From Planctomycetota bacterium (GTDB lineage: Bacteria; Planctomycetota; PLA2; JAEUHO01), in NCBI GenBank assembly GCA_050248855.1, contig JBFWRP010000022.1:1-64000 (forward strand): a stretch of DNA of 64,000 bases, in the 5' to 3' direction. Numbering within the stretch: the stretch's first letter is position 1; each line of letters starts with the position of its first letter. Made by a program: the position numbers and the translations under genes. This document shows positions 29,259 through 38,987 of this stretch, piece by piece. The notes under the pieces were generated by a model. That model was not told where the DNA came from. It made no database searches and was given only the letters and a program-made list of their open reading frames with translations.

Positions 29259-30214
29259 CCGGACGCGCCCCCTCCCCCCTCGGCGGCGCTCGCTTCCGAG
29301 CGCGCGCCACCGCGGAGCAACCGCTTCACGCGGCTACCCAGGTAGCGAAGCGGCAGCGCCAAGTCGGCGCGCGGGAAGCCCGGAGCGGCCACCGCCGTCG
29401 GCCCCAGGGCCAGCGCCTTCCAGAGCGCCACGCCGCGGCCCCAGCCGTGCGGATCGCCGTAGCGGTAGGCCGTCATGTAGGCGCCGATGCGCGCCTGACG
29501 GCGCTGGCGGCGGGTGAGCAACGGACGCAACGCCTCCACCAGCTCCCACCACTCGCGCACGATGCGGTCGGCTTGGCGGTCTCTCTGCGCGCCATGTAGC
29601 CGATAGCGCGACCACACACCCTGCACGCGAAGCAGCGGATGGCGGAGCGCCATGCGGATCCACATCTCCGAGTCGCAGACGTACGGCCGGTCGGGACGGA
29701 AGCCGCCGACATCGCGCGCGGCCTGCGTACGGAACACCGCAGAGCTCTGCATCACGTAGGAGCGCTTGGCCAGCAGGTTGTCCAGCGTGTACGGCGCCAC
29801 GTTCGTCTGGCCGACACGCGCCCCCTCGGCATCGATCAGCTCGGCGTCGGCGTACACCGCGACGACGTCTGGATGGTCGTCTAGCGCCTCGACGGCTGCG
29901 TCGAGCGCTCCGGGGAGATAGAGGTCGTCGCTGCTCTGCACGGCGCAGAGCTCCGTGCGCGCCTCGCGAAGGCCTTCGGCAATCGCATCGTGGACGCCGC
30001 CATCGGGTCGCGAGCGCCATCGAAACCACGGCCGGCTCTCCCAGACCCGCAGGATGTCCACGGTCTCGTCGGTCGAGGCGGCATCCAGGACGTGGACCGC
30101 CACGGGCTCGCGACAAGCGCTCTCGATCGACGCCAACGTCGCCTGGAGGTAGCGACCCTGCTGGAAGGAGGGCACCAACACCGTCACGCGCGGGCCCTGC
30201 GTGTCGATCCTCAC
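29255..30214 (-). CDS. Glycosyltransferase family 2
   Basis: VLVPSFQQGRYL, DAASTD, QSSDD, D.EMWIR. GTGA overlap with wzt. Confidence 0.88.
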   Translation of the reverse strand: MRIDTQGPRVTVLVPSFQQGRYLQATLASIESACREPVAVHVLDAASTDETVDILRVWESRPWFRWRSRPDGGVHDAIAEGLREARTELCAVQSSDDLYLPGALDAAVEALDDHPDVVAVYADAELIDAEGARVGQTNVAPYTLDNLLAKRSYVMQSSAVFRTQAARDVGGFRPDRPYVCDSEMWIRMALRHPLLRVQGVWSRYRLHGAQRDRQADRIVREWWELVEALRPLLTRRQRRQARIGAYMTAYRYGDPHGWGRGVALWKALALGPTAVAAPGFPRADLALPLRYLGSRVKRLLRGGARSEASAAEGGGGASG

Positions 30215-31377
30215 GGCATGACCTCCGTCTGCACCTCGTGTGGAGGTAGCAGGACGGCTTGGAAGCTGGGCTCGACCGTCTCCGGATGCCGATCGTCCGG
30301 ATGGAGGTCGACCAGGGGGATGCCCGACACATGGAGGAGGGGGTCGCGGCGCGGCTCCTGGGCGTAGACCGTGCCCGTGTAGGAACCCGGGGGGAGCAGG
30401 GGGAGGTGGATCGTGACCCGATGGCCAATGCGGGAGCCAGCTCGCGCCGTCACGACAGGCGAGCGATCGATCGTCGGCATCGACTGGAGGAGCGGCGTGC
30501 CGTCGGGCGCGTGGAACACGAAGTCCAGCGCCAGATCACGTACTTCACGCAGCACGTCCAGCTCGAGCGACACGTCCACGCACAAGCCGTCGCCATCGGG
30601 TCGGCACGTGCCGGCAGCGCGGCCGACCCTCAGCGCGCCGGCATCCAGATGGACGACACCGCCGCGCTCACGCACGGCGTCCAGGTATCGCTCGACGACG
30701 GCGCGTGGCGGCCCCTGGTCCACCAGGCGACCAGCGTCGAGTCGGATCGCCGTGGTGCAGAGGCTGCGGACGGCCGTCATGTCATGGCTCACGAGCAGCA
30801 CGGTGCGACCCGAGCTGGCCACCTGCCCCATGCGGTCGAAGCACTTGGCACGAAACGCCGCGTCCCCCACGGCGAGCAGCTCGTCCACGATCATGATGTC
30901 GGGCTCGAGGTGGGCGGCCACGCTGAACGCCAAGCGCAGGTACATGCCCGACGAGTAGCGCTTGACAGGCACGTCCAGGAAGTCGCCGATACCGGCGAAC
31001 GCGAGGATCGAGTCGAGGCGTGCCCGGACGTCGCGCCGCCCCATCCCGTGGAGAGCGGCGTTCAGGAACACGTTCTCGCGCCCCGTCAGCTCGGGGTGGA
31101 ACCCCGTCCCGACTTCCAACAGGCTCGAGACGGAACCGCGGATGATCGCGCGCCCTGCCGTAGGGTCCGTGATCCGGCTCAAGACCTTGAGCAAGGTGCT
31201 CTTGCCAGCACCATTGGACCCGAGCACGCCCAGGACGCTGCCCTCGGGCAGATCGAACGACACATCGCGTAGGGCGTGGAACTCGCGACGGGACGCCTCG
31301 GCCCGCTGGCGCCCTCGTCCCATCGCACGCACGCGGTAGGTCTTCCAGAGACCCTCGACACGAACGGCGGCGCCCAT
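30211..31377 (-). CDS. wzt: Polysaccharide ABC transporter ATP-binding protein with C-terminal domain
   Basis: Walker A GSNGAGKST, LLEVGTGFHPELTGREN, YSSGMYLRLAF, IVDELLAVGD, VSHD. Confidence 0.93.
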   Translation of the reverse strand: MGAAVRVEGLWKTYRVRAMGRGRQRAEASRREFHALRDVSFDLPEGSVLGVLGSNGAGKSTLLKVLSRITDPTAGRAIIRGSVSSLLEVGTGFHPELTGRENVFLNAALHGMGRRDVRARLDSILAFAGIGDFLDVPVKRYSSGMYLRLAFSVAAHLEPDIMIVDELLAVGDAAFRAKCFDRMGQVASSGRTVLLVSHDMTAVRSLCTTAIRLDAGRLVDQGPPRAVVERYLDAVRERGGVVHLDAGALRVGRAAGTCRPDGDGLCVDVSLELDVLREVRDLALDFVFHAPDGTPLLQSMPTIDRSPVVTARAGSRIGHRVTIHLPLLPPGSYTGTVYAQEPRRDPLLHVSGIPLVDLHPDDRHPETVEPSFQAVLLPPHEVQTEVMP

Positions 31378-32270
31378 CAGATCACATCCGCAAAGTGGCG
31401 CTCGACGCGCGCGAAGACGGTGAGGCCAACGACCAGGAAGACGGCCGTAGCGGCTGCCGACATCGCGCATCCCGCCGCCGAGACGGGCGTGTCCAGGACG
31501 GTCGCGCGGAACAGCTCCACGGGAGCCGCCATGGGGTTCAGGTAGGCCCAGAGACGCAAGTGCTCCGGGAGCAGGCTCGTGGGGTACAGGACCGGCGTGA
31601 CGTACATCCAGAGCTGGAGCAAGAAGGTCGTCGCGTGGCCGAAGTCGCGGTGCCGCACGACGACGCCCGCCACGAGCACGCCCACGCCGGCGGCAGCCAC
31701 CGCGATCCAGACCACGATCAGGGGAGCGAGCAGCAGGGCGGAGCGGAGCGGGACGTCGTAGTACAGCAGCAAGGGCGGCAAGAGCGCGAGCGCCACGAGG
31801 AAGTCAAGCGCAGCGGCCCCGATCGACGACAGGGGCAGGAGGATCCTCGGGAAGTACACCTTCGTGACGAACCCGCTGGCTGCCAAGACGGACTGGGATG
31901 CGGACTGGACCGAGGAGCCGAAAAGCCCCCAGGCAAGCAGGCCCGTGTACGAGAACAGGGCGTAGGGCTGGCCGTCGGAGTCCACGCGCGCCAGGCGGCC
32001 CAGGACGAACGCGAAAACAAGCATCGTCGCCAGGGGGCGGATGAGGGCCCAGAGCACGCCGAGGACGGCTTGGCGGTAGCGGCTGCGGATGTCGCGCCAC
32101 ATCAGCGCGAAGAACAGCTCGCGCCACCCCCACAGTCCCCGCAGCCCCAGCCCGGCCCATCCGGACCGCGGCTCGAGGACGAGCACGCTCGTCGCGTCCG
32201 CCTCGGCCGCGCCCCGAGGCGAGACGGTCCCTGCGTGCGAGGGCTCGTGCGAGTCCGGCGGTCCCGACAT
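31377..32270 (-). CDS. wzm: Polysaccharide ABC transporter permease
   Basis: RDIRSRYRQAVLG.LW..IRP, KVYFPR..LP, TPVLYP, LNPM, FADVI end. TGATG overlap with wzt. Confidence 0.93.
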   Translation of the reverse strand: MSGPPDSHEPSHAGTVSPRGAAEADATSVLVLEPRSGWAGLGLRGLWGWRELFFALMWRDIRSRYRQAVLGVLWALIRPLATMLVFAFVLGRLARVDSDGQPYALFSYTGLLAWGLFGSSVQSASQSVLAASGFVTKVYFPRILLPLSSIGAAALDFLVALALLPPLLLYYDVPLRSALLLAPLIVVWIAVAAAGVGVLVAGVVVRHRDFGHATTFLLQLWMYVTPVLYPTSLLPEHLRLWAYLNPMAAPVELFRATVLDTPVSAAGCAMSAAATAVFLVVGLTVFARVERHFADVI

Positions 32271-32582
32271 CAGCGGCCCAGGTCTCGGGCCCAGGCGCCA
32301 GCAGTCCAGCGCACCGTACCGCGTGCCTGGCCTGCCTCCCGCTGCGTGGACATGGGCGCGGGTCCCTCCTGGTAGACCGTCACGCGATGGCGGAGCCCCG
32401 CGGCTCGCGGGTGGGCCTGCACCGCGAGCATAGGGGAAGACGGAAAGCCTCCACGCACTCTCCGCAGGCCAGGTCGAGGCGAGAGGGCCGGGTGACGCCC
32501 ACTGGCGTGGCGACGCGTCCCCCTCGGAGCCTGGGAAGAAGTTCCGGGCTCGAGCGTCGGCCTGCCTTGGCAGGCCGCGCCA

Positions 32583-33560
32583 TCAGGCACCTGGGAGGCT
32601 GAGCCGGCAGTTCTGCTCGGCCCCTCGACCGTGGTCGCAGCAGAGCCAGACCGCATCCTGCCCGGCGACAAGGGCCCGTGCTCCGTCGCCAGCAGGATCG
32701 GCGACCTCGACCAAGGCGCGGCCCAGGCCGTAGCGGGATGCCATGCGTCGCAGCCGTCCGGGCGAAGCCGCCTCCGCGGAAGCGAACAGGCGACTACGCG
32801 GATAGAGTGGTGCAAGGTCGCCAAGCAGCGCGTCGTAGCTGAAGCCGTGCGCCCGCACGAGCTGGGGGTGGAACTCGATCCAGAGCACGGGGCGCTGGCG
32901 CCGGATCAGCTCGCGCGCGCCTTCCAGCACGGCGCCCTCGTAACCCTCGACATCGATCTTGACGAAGTCAACCGGGCGGTCGCGCAGCTCGTCGAGCGTG
33001 ACGACCGGGCAGAGGTGGGGGCCGCCGTCCCCCTCGGCCACGCCACCGTTGATGCCGGACAGGAACGAGACCACTCCGGCGCGCGCACCCACGGCGACCG
33101 GGCGGACCGTGACCTGGGCGAGCCCGTTGCGCGCGATGTTGGCCTCCAGCTCGGGCAGGTTCTCCGGCGACGGCTCGTAGGCCACGACCTGGCCCGACGT
33201 GCCGACGCGGGAACACAGGAACAGCGTCCAGTACCCGATGTTGGCGCCGACATCCACGGCGACCATTCCTGGCGCGAGGAGCGAACGGACCACGCTCGCT
33301 TCCGGCAGGCTGCGCTCGCCCAGCAGGAACACGAGCCGCTGCGCGAGCGACCGACTCACGTCCACATGGAGACGGTGTCCGAACCAGGACCGCGAGACGA
33401 CGTCCGGCGGTCCCCCGAGCCGGGGGCCGAACACGCGGCCGGCGCGGGCAACGTCCGCGCTGCGCAGGAGGAAGCTCGCCCACTGCCCGCGGCGCTCCCG
33501 CGCGGATGTAGGTCGTGCGTCGGGGAGCGCCCAGGGGCCAGCAACGGGCTCGGTCGTCAT
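32583..33560 (-). CDS. FkbM-family methyltransferase
   Basis: VDVGANIGY, AYEPSP.N, FVKIDVEGYE. Confidence 0.88.
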   Translation of the reverse strand: MTTEPVAGPWALPDARPTSARERRGQWASFLLRSADVARAGRVFGPRLGGPPDVVSRSWFGHRLHVDVSRSLAQRLVFLLGERSLPEASVVRSLLAPGMVAVDVGANIGYWTLFLCSRVGTSGQVVAYEPSPENLPELEANIARNGLAQVTVRPVAVGARAGVVSFLSGINGGVAEGDGGPHLCPVVTLDELRDRPVDFVKIDVEGYEGAVLEGARELIRRQRPVLWIEFHPQLVRAHGFSYDALLGDLAPLYPRSRLFASAEAASPGRLRRMASRYGLGRALVEVADPAGDGARALVAGQDAVWLCCDHGRGAEQNCRLSLPGA

Positions 33561-33724
33561 GACGCATGACATCTATACGGCAGTCCCGTCGCCAGAGCGC
33601 ATCGCCGCTGCGGGGAGGGATGGCAAGACGCGCGGGTCCAAGGCACGGCGCGTATCGTGGGAGCGCCGCCGCGAAGCGGGGGGGGCTGCGCCGCCGCGCA
33701 ACCAGGACTCGAGGATTCCGATCC

Positions 33725-34699
33725 ATGCAGCCCGTCGGCGCCACACCCGACATGAGCGTGGTGCTGGGCGTCTACGAGGGACGCGAGCAGCTCGCGGCCT
33801 CGTTCGAGAGCGTGCTCACGCAGCGTGGCCCCCGCTTCGAGGTGGTGGTGGTCAACGATGGATCGGGCGACGAGACGACCGCGTGGCTCCGCGACCTCGC
33901 ACGGCGAGACGCTCGGGTCGTGCTGCTGGAGCAGGCCAACGCCGGTCTCACCGCCGCCCTGATGCGAGGGTGCCGCGAGGCGCGTGCACCGGTCATCGTG
34001 CGCCAAGACATCGGTGACCGGAGCCTCCCCGGGCGCTTCGAGGCGCTGCTGGACGCACTTCACGCCTCGAGCGCCACCGTCATGGCGTCCAGCTGGGTCC
34101 GGCTTCTCGGGCCCATGGGCGAGCCGTTGGTCACGGTCCGCAGGGCGGCGGACCCCGAGTACAACCGTCGCCAGCTTCTCGAGCACCTGCTGGGGCCTCC
34201 GTGTCATGGCGCTACGGCGTTCCGGCGGGATGCCTTCGAGCAGGTGGGCGGCTATCGCCCACGGTTCCTCTTCGCGCAGGACGGCGACCTGTGGCTTCGC
34301 CTGGCCGAGCGCGGCGGCTTCGCGTGTGTCCAGCGCGTCCTGTACGAGTGGGTCTACGACCTCGCCGGCATCTCGGGTACACGGCAGGTCGCGCAGGCCG
34401 CCTTCGGCGAGTACGCGCACGCCTGCCGCGCCGCGCGTCTTGCCGGGCGGCCGGATCCGCCGCCCCCATCCATCGATCGGGCGCCCACCTCGGAGGCGGA
34501 GCGTCGAGCCGCCCGGGCGGCAGCGCTGTACTTCGTGGGTGCGTGCTTGGACGCGCGGGGCGACCCGCGCGGTCGGGCCTACCTGCGGCAGGCGGTGGCC
34601 TCGCGTCCGGCGAGCGTGCGCACATGGCTGCGGTGGCTGTGGGCGCTCAGGCCCCTGCGCTCGAGCGCGGCCAGCGAGGGCGTGGAGCCCAGGTCGTGA
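33725..34699 (+). CDS. Glycosyltransferase family 2
   Basis: SVVLGVYEG, VNDGSGD, NAGL, RQDIGD, GGYR..F..AQD.DLWLR; helical C-terminal tail. Confidence 0.88.
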   Translation: MQPVGATPDMSVVLGVYEGREQLAASFESVLTQRGPRFEVVVVNDGSGDETTAWLRDLARRDARVVLLEQANAGLTAALMRGCREARAPVIVRQDIGDRSLPGRFEALLDALHASSATVMASSWVRLLGPMGEPLVTVRRAADPEYNRRQLLEHLLGPPCHGATAFRRDAFEQVGGYRPRFLFAQDGDLWLRLAERGGFACVQRVLYEWVYDLAGISGTRQVAQAAFGEYAHACRAARLAGRPDPPPPSIDRAPTSEAERRAARAAALYFVGACLDARGDPRGRAYLRQAVASRPASVRTWLRWLWALRPLRSSAASEGVEPRS

Positions 34700-34745
34700 G
34701 CGTCGCCACGCAAGTCCACCACAGGGCCCGGGGGGGAATCCGACC

Positions 34746-35921
34746 ATGAGGATCCTCACGGTGGCGGATACGCCGCGGGCCATCGACTCCGGGGCCGCGG
34801 GCACGGACGTCCAGACGATCGAAGCGCTGCGTCGTCGCGGGCACGATGTCGTGGAGGTCTGGGCCGACGAGCTCGGCCGGCGCATCCGCCACGGCAACCT
34901 CCACTACGCGTTCGAAGCACCCGGCGCCATCCTCCGCGCCGTCCGACGCCACCTCGCCGACTCCTCGTTCGATGTCGTCCTGGCGAGCCAACCGCACGGG
35001 TTCCGCGCGGCACGCTGGCTGGGCCACAACCATCCGCACACGGCCTTCGTCAACCGAAGCCATGGATGGGAGACCCACGTCGAGGAAGCCGTCGCGCCGC
35101 ATCGACACACCTTCGGCGAACCACGGTGGACCCGAGGCCGGGCTTGGTTGGGCAGGCTCCTGGGCCGGCTGCTCGATGGGCACTGCACGGCGACGGCCCG
35201 CGCGAGCGACGGCATCATCGTGAGCACGTCGTCCTGCAGGCAGTACATCCTCCAGCACTACGGCCTGGACCCTGCGCGCGTGGCCCACATCGCCCAAGCG
35301 GCGCCCGACGCGTATCGCGAGCTGCCGCTCCCCGTCCGTCAGCCCGATCGGCCCGCGCGCATCCTGTTGGTCTCGTCGGCGGCGTTCTTCAAGGGCTTGC
35401 CCGTGGCACGGAGCACCTTGCGCACGCTGCTCGCAGACCGTCCGCACATCTCCGTCACGTGGGTCACCGACGAGCGCGCGCTCCGCGACTGGATGGGTCC
35501 GGACGACGAGCCCTTGTGCCAGCGGATCGCCTGGCTGGGTGGCCTGTCCCAGGGCGAGCTCATGCGCGTCTACGACGAGCACGACATCTTCCTGTTCCCC
35601 TCCTTCTTCGAGGGCTTCGGGAAGGCCTTTCTCGAAGCGATGTCGCGAGGCCTGTGCGTCGTGGCATCCGACGTGGGTGGCATGCACGACGTGATCACGC
35701 AGGAGCACGACGGCCTGCTCTGCCCTGCGGGCGACGCCATCGCCTTCGCGGAGGCACTGCGTCGCGTCGTGGACGACGGCACCCTGCGGATGCGTCTCGC
35801 CGCCCGCGCGCGCCAGACGGCGCTGACGTACTCCTGGGACCGCGTGGGCCGGGAGACCGAGGCGTTCTGCGAGGCGCGGCTGCAGGCGCGGCTCGCGGCG
35901 GCAGGGACGGAAGCGCCTTGA
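34746..35921 (+). CDS. Glycosyltransferase family 4
   Basis: KG motif, FLFPSFFEGFGKAFLEAMSRG, ASDVGG. Confidence 0.9.
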   Translation: MRILTVADTPRAIDSGAAGTDVQTIEALRRRGHDVVEVWADELGRRIRHGNLHYAFEAPGAILRAVRRHLADSSFDVVLASQPHGFRAARWLGHNHPHTAFVNRSHGWETHVEEAVAPHRHTFGEPRWTRGRAWLGRLLGRLLDGHCTATARASDGIIVSTSSCRQYILQHYGLDPARVAHIAQAAPDAYRELPLPVRQPDRPARILLVSSAAFFKGLPVARSTLRTLLADRPHISVTWVTDERALRDWMGPDDEPLCQRIAWLGGLSQGELMRVYDEHDIFLFPSFFEGFGKAFLEAMSRGLCVVASDVGGMHDVITQEHDGLLCPAGDAIAFAEALRRVVDDGTLRMRLAARARQTALTYSWDRVGRETEAFCEARLQARLAAAGTEAP

Positions 35922-35942
35922 GGGTGCACGCGGGCTGCGCCG

Positions 35943-37391
35943 TCAGACGGGGCGAAACGCCGCCGCCAGCGCGGTGTACTCCTCCCCCATGGCCTCGCGA
36001 TCCCCATCGCTCAGGTAGCCGGCGTACGCGTGCGTCACGAGGCCGCGGGTCCACGGCTGGCCGCGCTGGCGCACGAGGTCGGCGATGGCGCCCTCGAGCT
36101 TCTTCGTGGCCACGTGGCAGCCCGTGTGGGCTTCGGCCCAAGCCCGCGCGGGAAAGCCTTCCGGGTGGTCGAGGACGCGGGCCAGGGCGGGGGCCAGGGC
36201 GTCGTCTTCGGCCAAGAGGCCATTCTGCGGCGTGATCTGCTCGAGGTTCACGCCGCGGTGGTGACGATAGACCACGGTGGGCGTGTCGGCCATCCAGCAC
36301 TCGTAGATGCCGCGGTTGGCTCCCTCACGTCGGCTCATCAGCACGCCGACGCGGCTGTCGGCCACGGCCCGTGCGACCTCGCCGTAGGGCACGCGGTCAA
36401 GCCAGTCGACGTCCTCGACCAGCCCATGGCGACGCGCGAGCTTCTCGACGTGGGCCTTCGTCCAGCCCATGTCGTAGCCCACGAGCAGCAGCCGCACGCG
36501 GCGCCCCTCGCGACGCAGGCGGGCCACGGCGCGGAAGATCACGTCATGGCGCTTGAGCCGATCCCACGCACCCACCGCCACGACGTCGTAGGCGCGGTCG
36601 GCCCTCGGCGTCGGCTGGAACAGCGCCGGGTTGACCCAGTCGCCGGCGCCGAGGCGCACGGGGTGGAGGTTGGACCGCAGGCCCTCGATGAAGGCGAAGT
36701 CGTGCTCGTTCTGGGCCTGCACGATGACATCGAGGTCGCTGCCGAGGTACGGCAGGAACGCCGGGTCCATGTAGCCCCACGTGCTGGGCTCGAGCACGAT
36801 CACGTACTTCCCGGCCAGCTTCGCCAGGTCGTAGAGCCGCGGCAGCCATTCGATGCCGTGGTTGTAGGTGACGTAGAGCACGCCGGGCTCGCCCGTTGCC
36901 GGGTCGTGGCGCTTGAGCACGAGCAGGTCGCCCTGGCGGCTGGCCGGCGCGTCCGGACGCGGGGTGCGCAAGCGCAGCCGGTCGTCGTCGGGGTAGGCGG
37001 CGAACTGCCGGCGCAGGGACTTCGCCTCGGGCAGCGTGTTCACGATGCGCGCGAACTCGTTCTCGGCGACGGGCCGCCAGCCCCCGGGCCCCCCGGCGCC
37101 CTCGCGTACGACCCGCTCCCAGGCCGAAGCGAGTCGTGCGGGGGCTGGATCCGGCCAGCCGTGCTTCCACGCGGCCAGCAGCCAGGTGGCCTCGGCGAGG
37201 AGGTCGCCCCGGGCTGCCTCGGCCTTGCGCAAGGCCCGCCGGACGTAGGCCCGGCGCAGGACCCGGGTCTCGTGGACGAGCTCCTGGAGGCGCTGGCGGC
37301 TCACGATCCTCCGGGGGTTGGCCGATGGCAGGAGGGTAGGGAGGGGCAGAAGCCCCTGGCAGGGGGCGGGTCGGTCCCCCAGCATGGTCAT
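35943..37391 (-). CDS. Glycosyltransferase family 4 with long N-terminal extension
   Basis: VVAVGAW..LKRH, SRREGANRGIYECWMADTP (E-x7-E). Start uncertain. Confidence 0.78.
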   Translation of the reverse strand: MTMLGDRPAPCQGLLPLPTLLPSANPRRIVSRQRLQELVHETRVLRRAYVRRALRKAEAARGDLLAEATWLLAAWKHGWPDPAPARLASAWERVVREGAGGPGGWRPVAENEFARIVNTLPEAKSLRRQFAAYPDDDRLRLRTPRPDAPASRQGDLLVLKRHDPATGEPGVLYVTYNHGIEWLPRLYDLAKLAGKYVIVLEPSTWGYMDPAFLPYLGSDLDVIVQAQNEHDFAFIEGLRSNLHPVRLGAGDWVNPALFQPTPRADRAYDVVAVGAWDRLKRHDVIFRAVARLRREGRRVRLLLVGYDMGWTKAHVEKLARRHGLVEDVDWLDRVPYGEVARAVADSRVGVLMSRREGANRGIYECWMADTPTVVYRHHRGVNLEQITPQNGLLAEDDALAPALARVLDHPEGFPARAWAEAHTGCHVATKKLEGAIADLVRQRGQPWTRGLVTHAYAGYLSDGDREAMGEEYTALAAAFRPV

Positions 37392-37464
37392 CCACCGGGG
37401 GCGGCTGCATCTTGGCGGGACGGTGTCCCATCGGCACCTTCGGTCTGCAGGGAGGAGTCACGAC

Positions 37465-38514
37465 GTGATCCATCTGCCCGGGCTTCGACGAGGCTCGATC
37501 GTGGCGAGCCTGTTCTTGGCGACTTGTCTTTCCGGCGCCGCGCACGGCGACGACGGCGTGTCGATCGCCGATGCACCCGGCGGCGGCAAGACCGCCGGCT
37601 GGACGACGCCGCCTCCGCCCACGGTGCGCCGCGTCTCGGGACCCGCGCGTCCCCAGCCGACGCCCCGTCCGGCGAACCCACCGACCGTGGTGGCGCCGAC
37701 GCCCCCGAGCGGCTTCACGCCCCCGTCGGCGCCGCCGATGGACGGCTGGCCGGCGCCGAGCGGCGTCGAGATCCCTGCTCCGGCGCCGCAAGCACCCGTC
37801 ATCGCCGCGCCGGCTCCCGGCACGCGCCGCCGCAGCGTGGCCGCCGCACGCGGGGCCATGCGCAACGACGTTCCGCCGGTCACCTTCCGCTTCGCCGTCG
37901 GCGACACGATGCGCGTCTCGATCTGGGACGACGAGAGCCAGACGGGCACCATCGACCTCGAGCAGCGCGTCTTGCGTGACGGCACGATCACGCCGATCTG
38001 GCTCGAGCCCGTGAGGGTGGCGGGTCTGTCGATCCAGGAAGTGCGCGACCTGCTCGTGGATCGCTACCTCCTCTACTACGAGCCGCCGATCCGCATCACG
38101 ATCGGCGTCGTGTCCGTGCACGCCGAACGCGCGTTCGTGCTGGGTGAGGTCGGGGCGCCGACGGCGATCGAGCTCACCGGCCCCACGACGGCTCTGCAGG
38201 CCCTGGCCCAGGCGGGCAGCGCGATCCCCGGCGTGGGTGACCTGGAGCGCGTCAAGCTGATCCGCAACTGCGAAGGCTGCGGCAGCGCCCCGCGCGTGTA
38301 CACGCTCAACCTCTCGCGCACGCTGGTCGGCCGTGGACGCACCGTCACCTTGCAACCCGGCGACGTCCTCTACGTACCCACGCGCGGCGTCATCGACTGG
38401 ACCCGCGATCTGGGCGCGATCCTCGCGCCACTGGGCAACCTGCTCGGAGGCGTGGGGAGTGCCGCGACGACGTATTTGGCCATCGACGAGGCCGGTGACG
38501 ACAACGGGAACTGA
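37465..38514 (+). CDS. Second polysaccharide export protein (Wza/OPX-like) with Pro-rich N-terminus
   Basis: GGAGGAG SD before GTG; Sec-type signal. FRFAVGD..V..DGTIT..VRVAGL, SLBB VLGEV..ALAQAG, LQPGDVLYVP and a C-terminal amphipathic helix. Confidence 0.82.
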   Translation: MIHLPGLRRGSIVASLFLATCLSGAAHGDDGVSIADAPGGGKTAGWTTPPPPTVRRVSGPARPQPTPRPANPPTVVAPTPPSGFTPPSAPPMDGWPAPSGVEIPAPAPQAPVIAAPAPGTRRRSVAAARGAMRNDVPPVTFRFAVGDTMRVSIWDDESQTGTIDLEQRVLRDGTITPIWLEPVRVAGLSIQEVRDLLVDRYLLYYEPPIRITIGVVSVHAERAFVLGEVGAPTAIELTGPTTALQALAQAGSAIPGVGDLERVKLIRNCEGCGSAPRVYTLNLSRTLVGRGRTVTLQPGDVLYVPTRGVIDWTRDLGAILAPLGNLLGGVGSAATTYLAIDEAGDDNGN

Positions 38515-38987
38515 CGTGTGCAGCGACCGACGTTCTCCGGACCCTCTCCCCGGGCGGAGATAGGCGTTGCGCCATGCACGGCGGCCAGGGCCCCCCGGGG
38601 TGGAGCGGAGAGCACGCCGCTACGAGGCCCCCGGGCATCGGCACGAGTGGCGGGCCGGGCGAACGTCCGGTCCGGCGCTGGCCTCCTGACCGTCAGGGAC
38701 CCCAAGGCGCGTGGGGGCGTGGCGCCGCGAACGGCGCGGAGCCCGCAACCGGAGGGCGTCTGCGAACAGTGCCTGACCCGTCGTAGGCCGGGGCGCCGCG
38801 TACCAACCACTCGCCCAAGCCGGCTTGGAGGTGGCAATGGCCGGCGCGGCCTTGCAGACTCCAGCGCGATCGCGTGGCGAGGAGTCCGTGCTCACGCGGC
38901 GTGGGATCCCCGGCATCTCCGGGATCGATGGGCCGCGCGGGGCGCACCGCGGCTGCCAAGCGGCGAAGCAGGAGGGCGCCAGCGGCC

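Noticed and set aside
32271..32582. Possible ops/JUMPStart element or ncRNA upstream of wzm
   Set aside because: No GGCGGTAG ops match. Only a candidate -10 (TATGCT, minus strand, 32427-32432) and short GC stems are visible.
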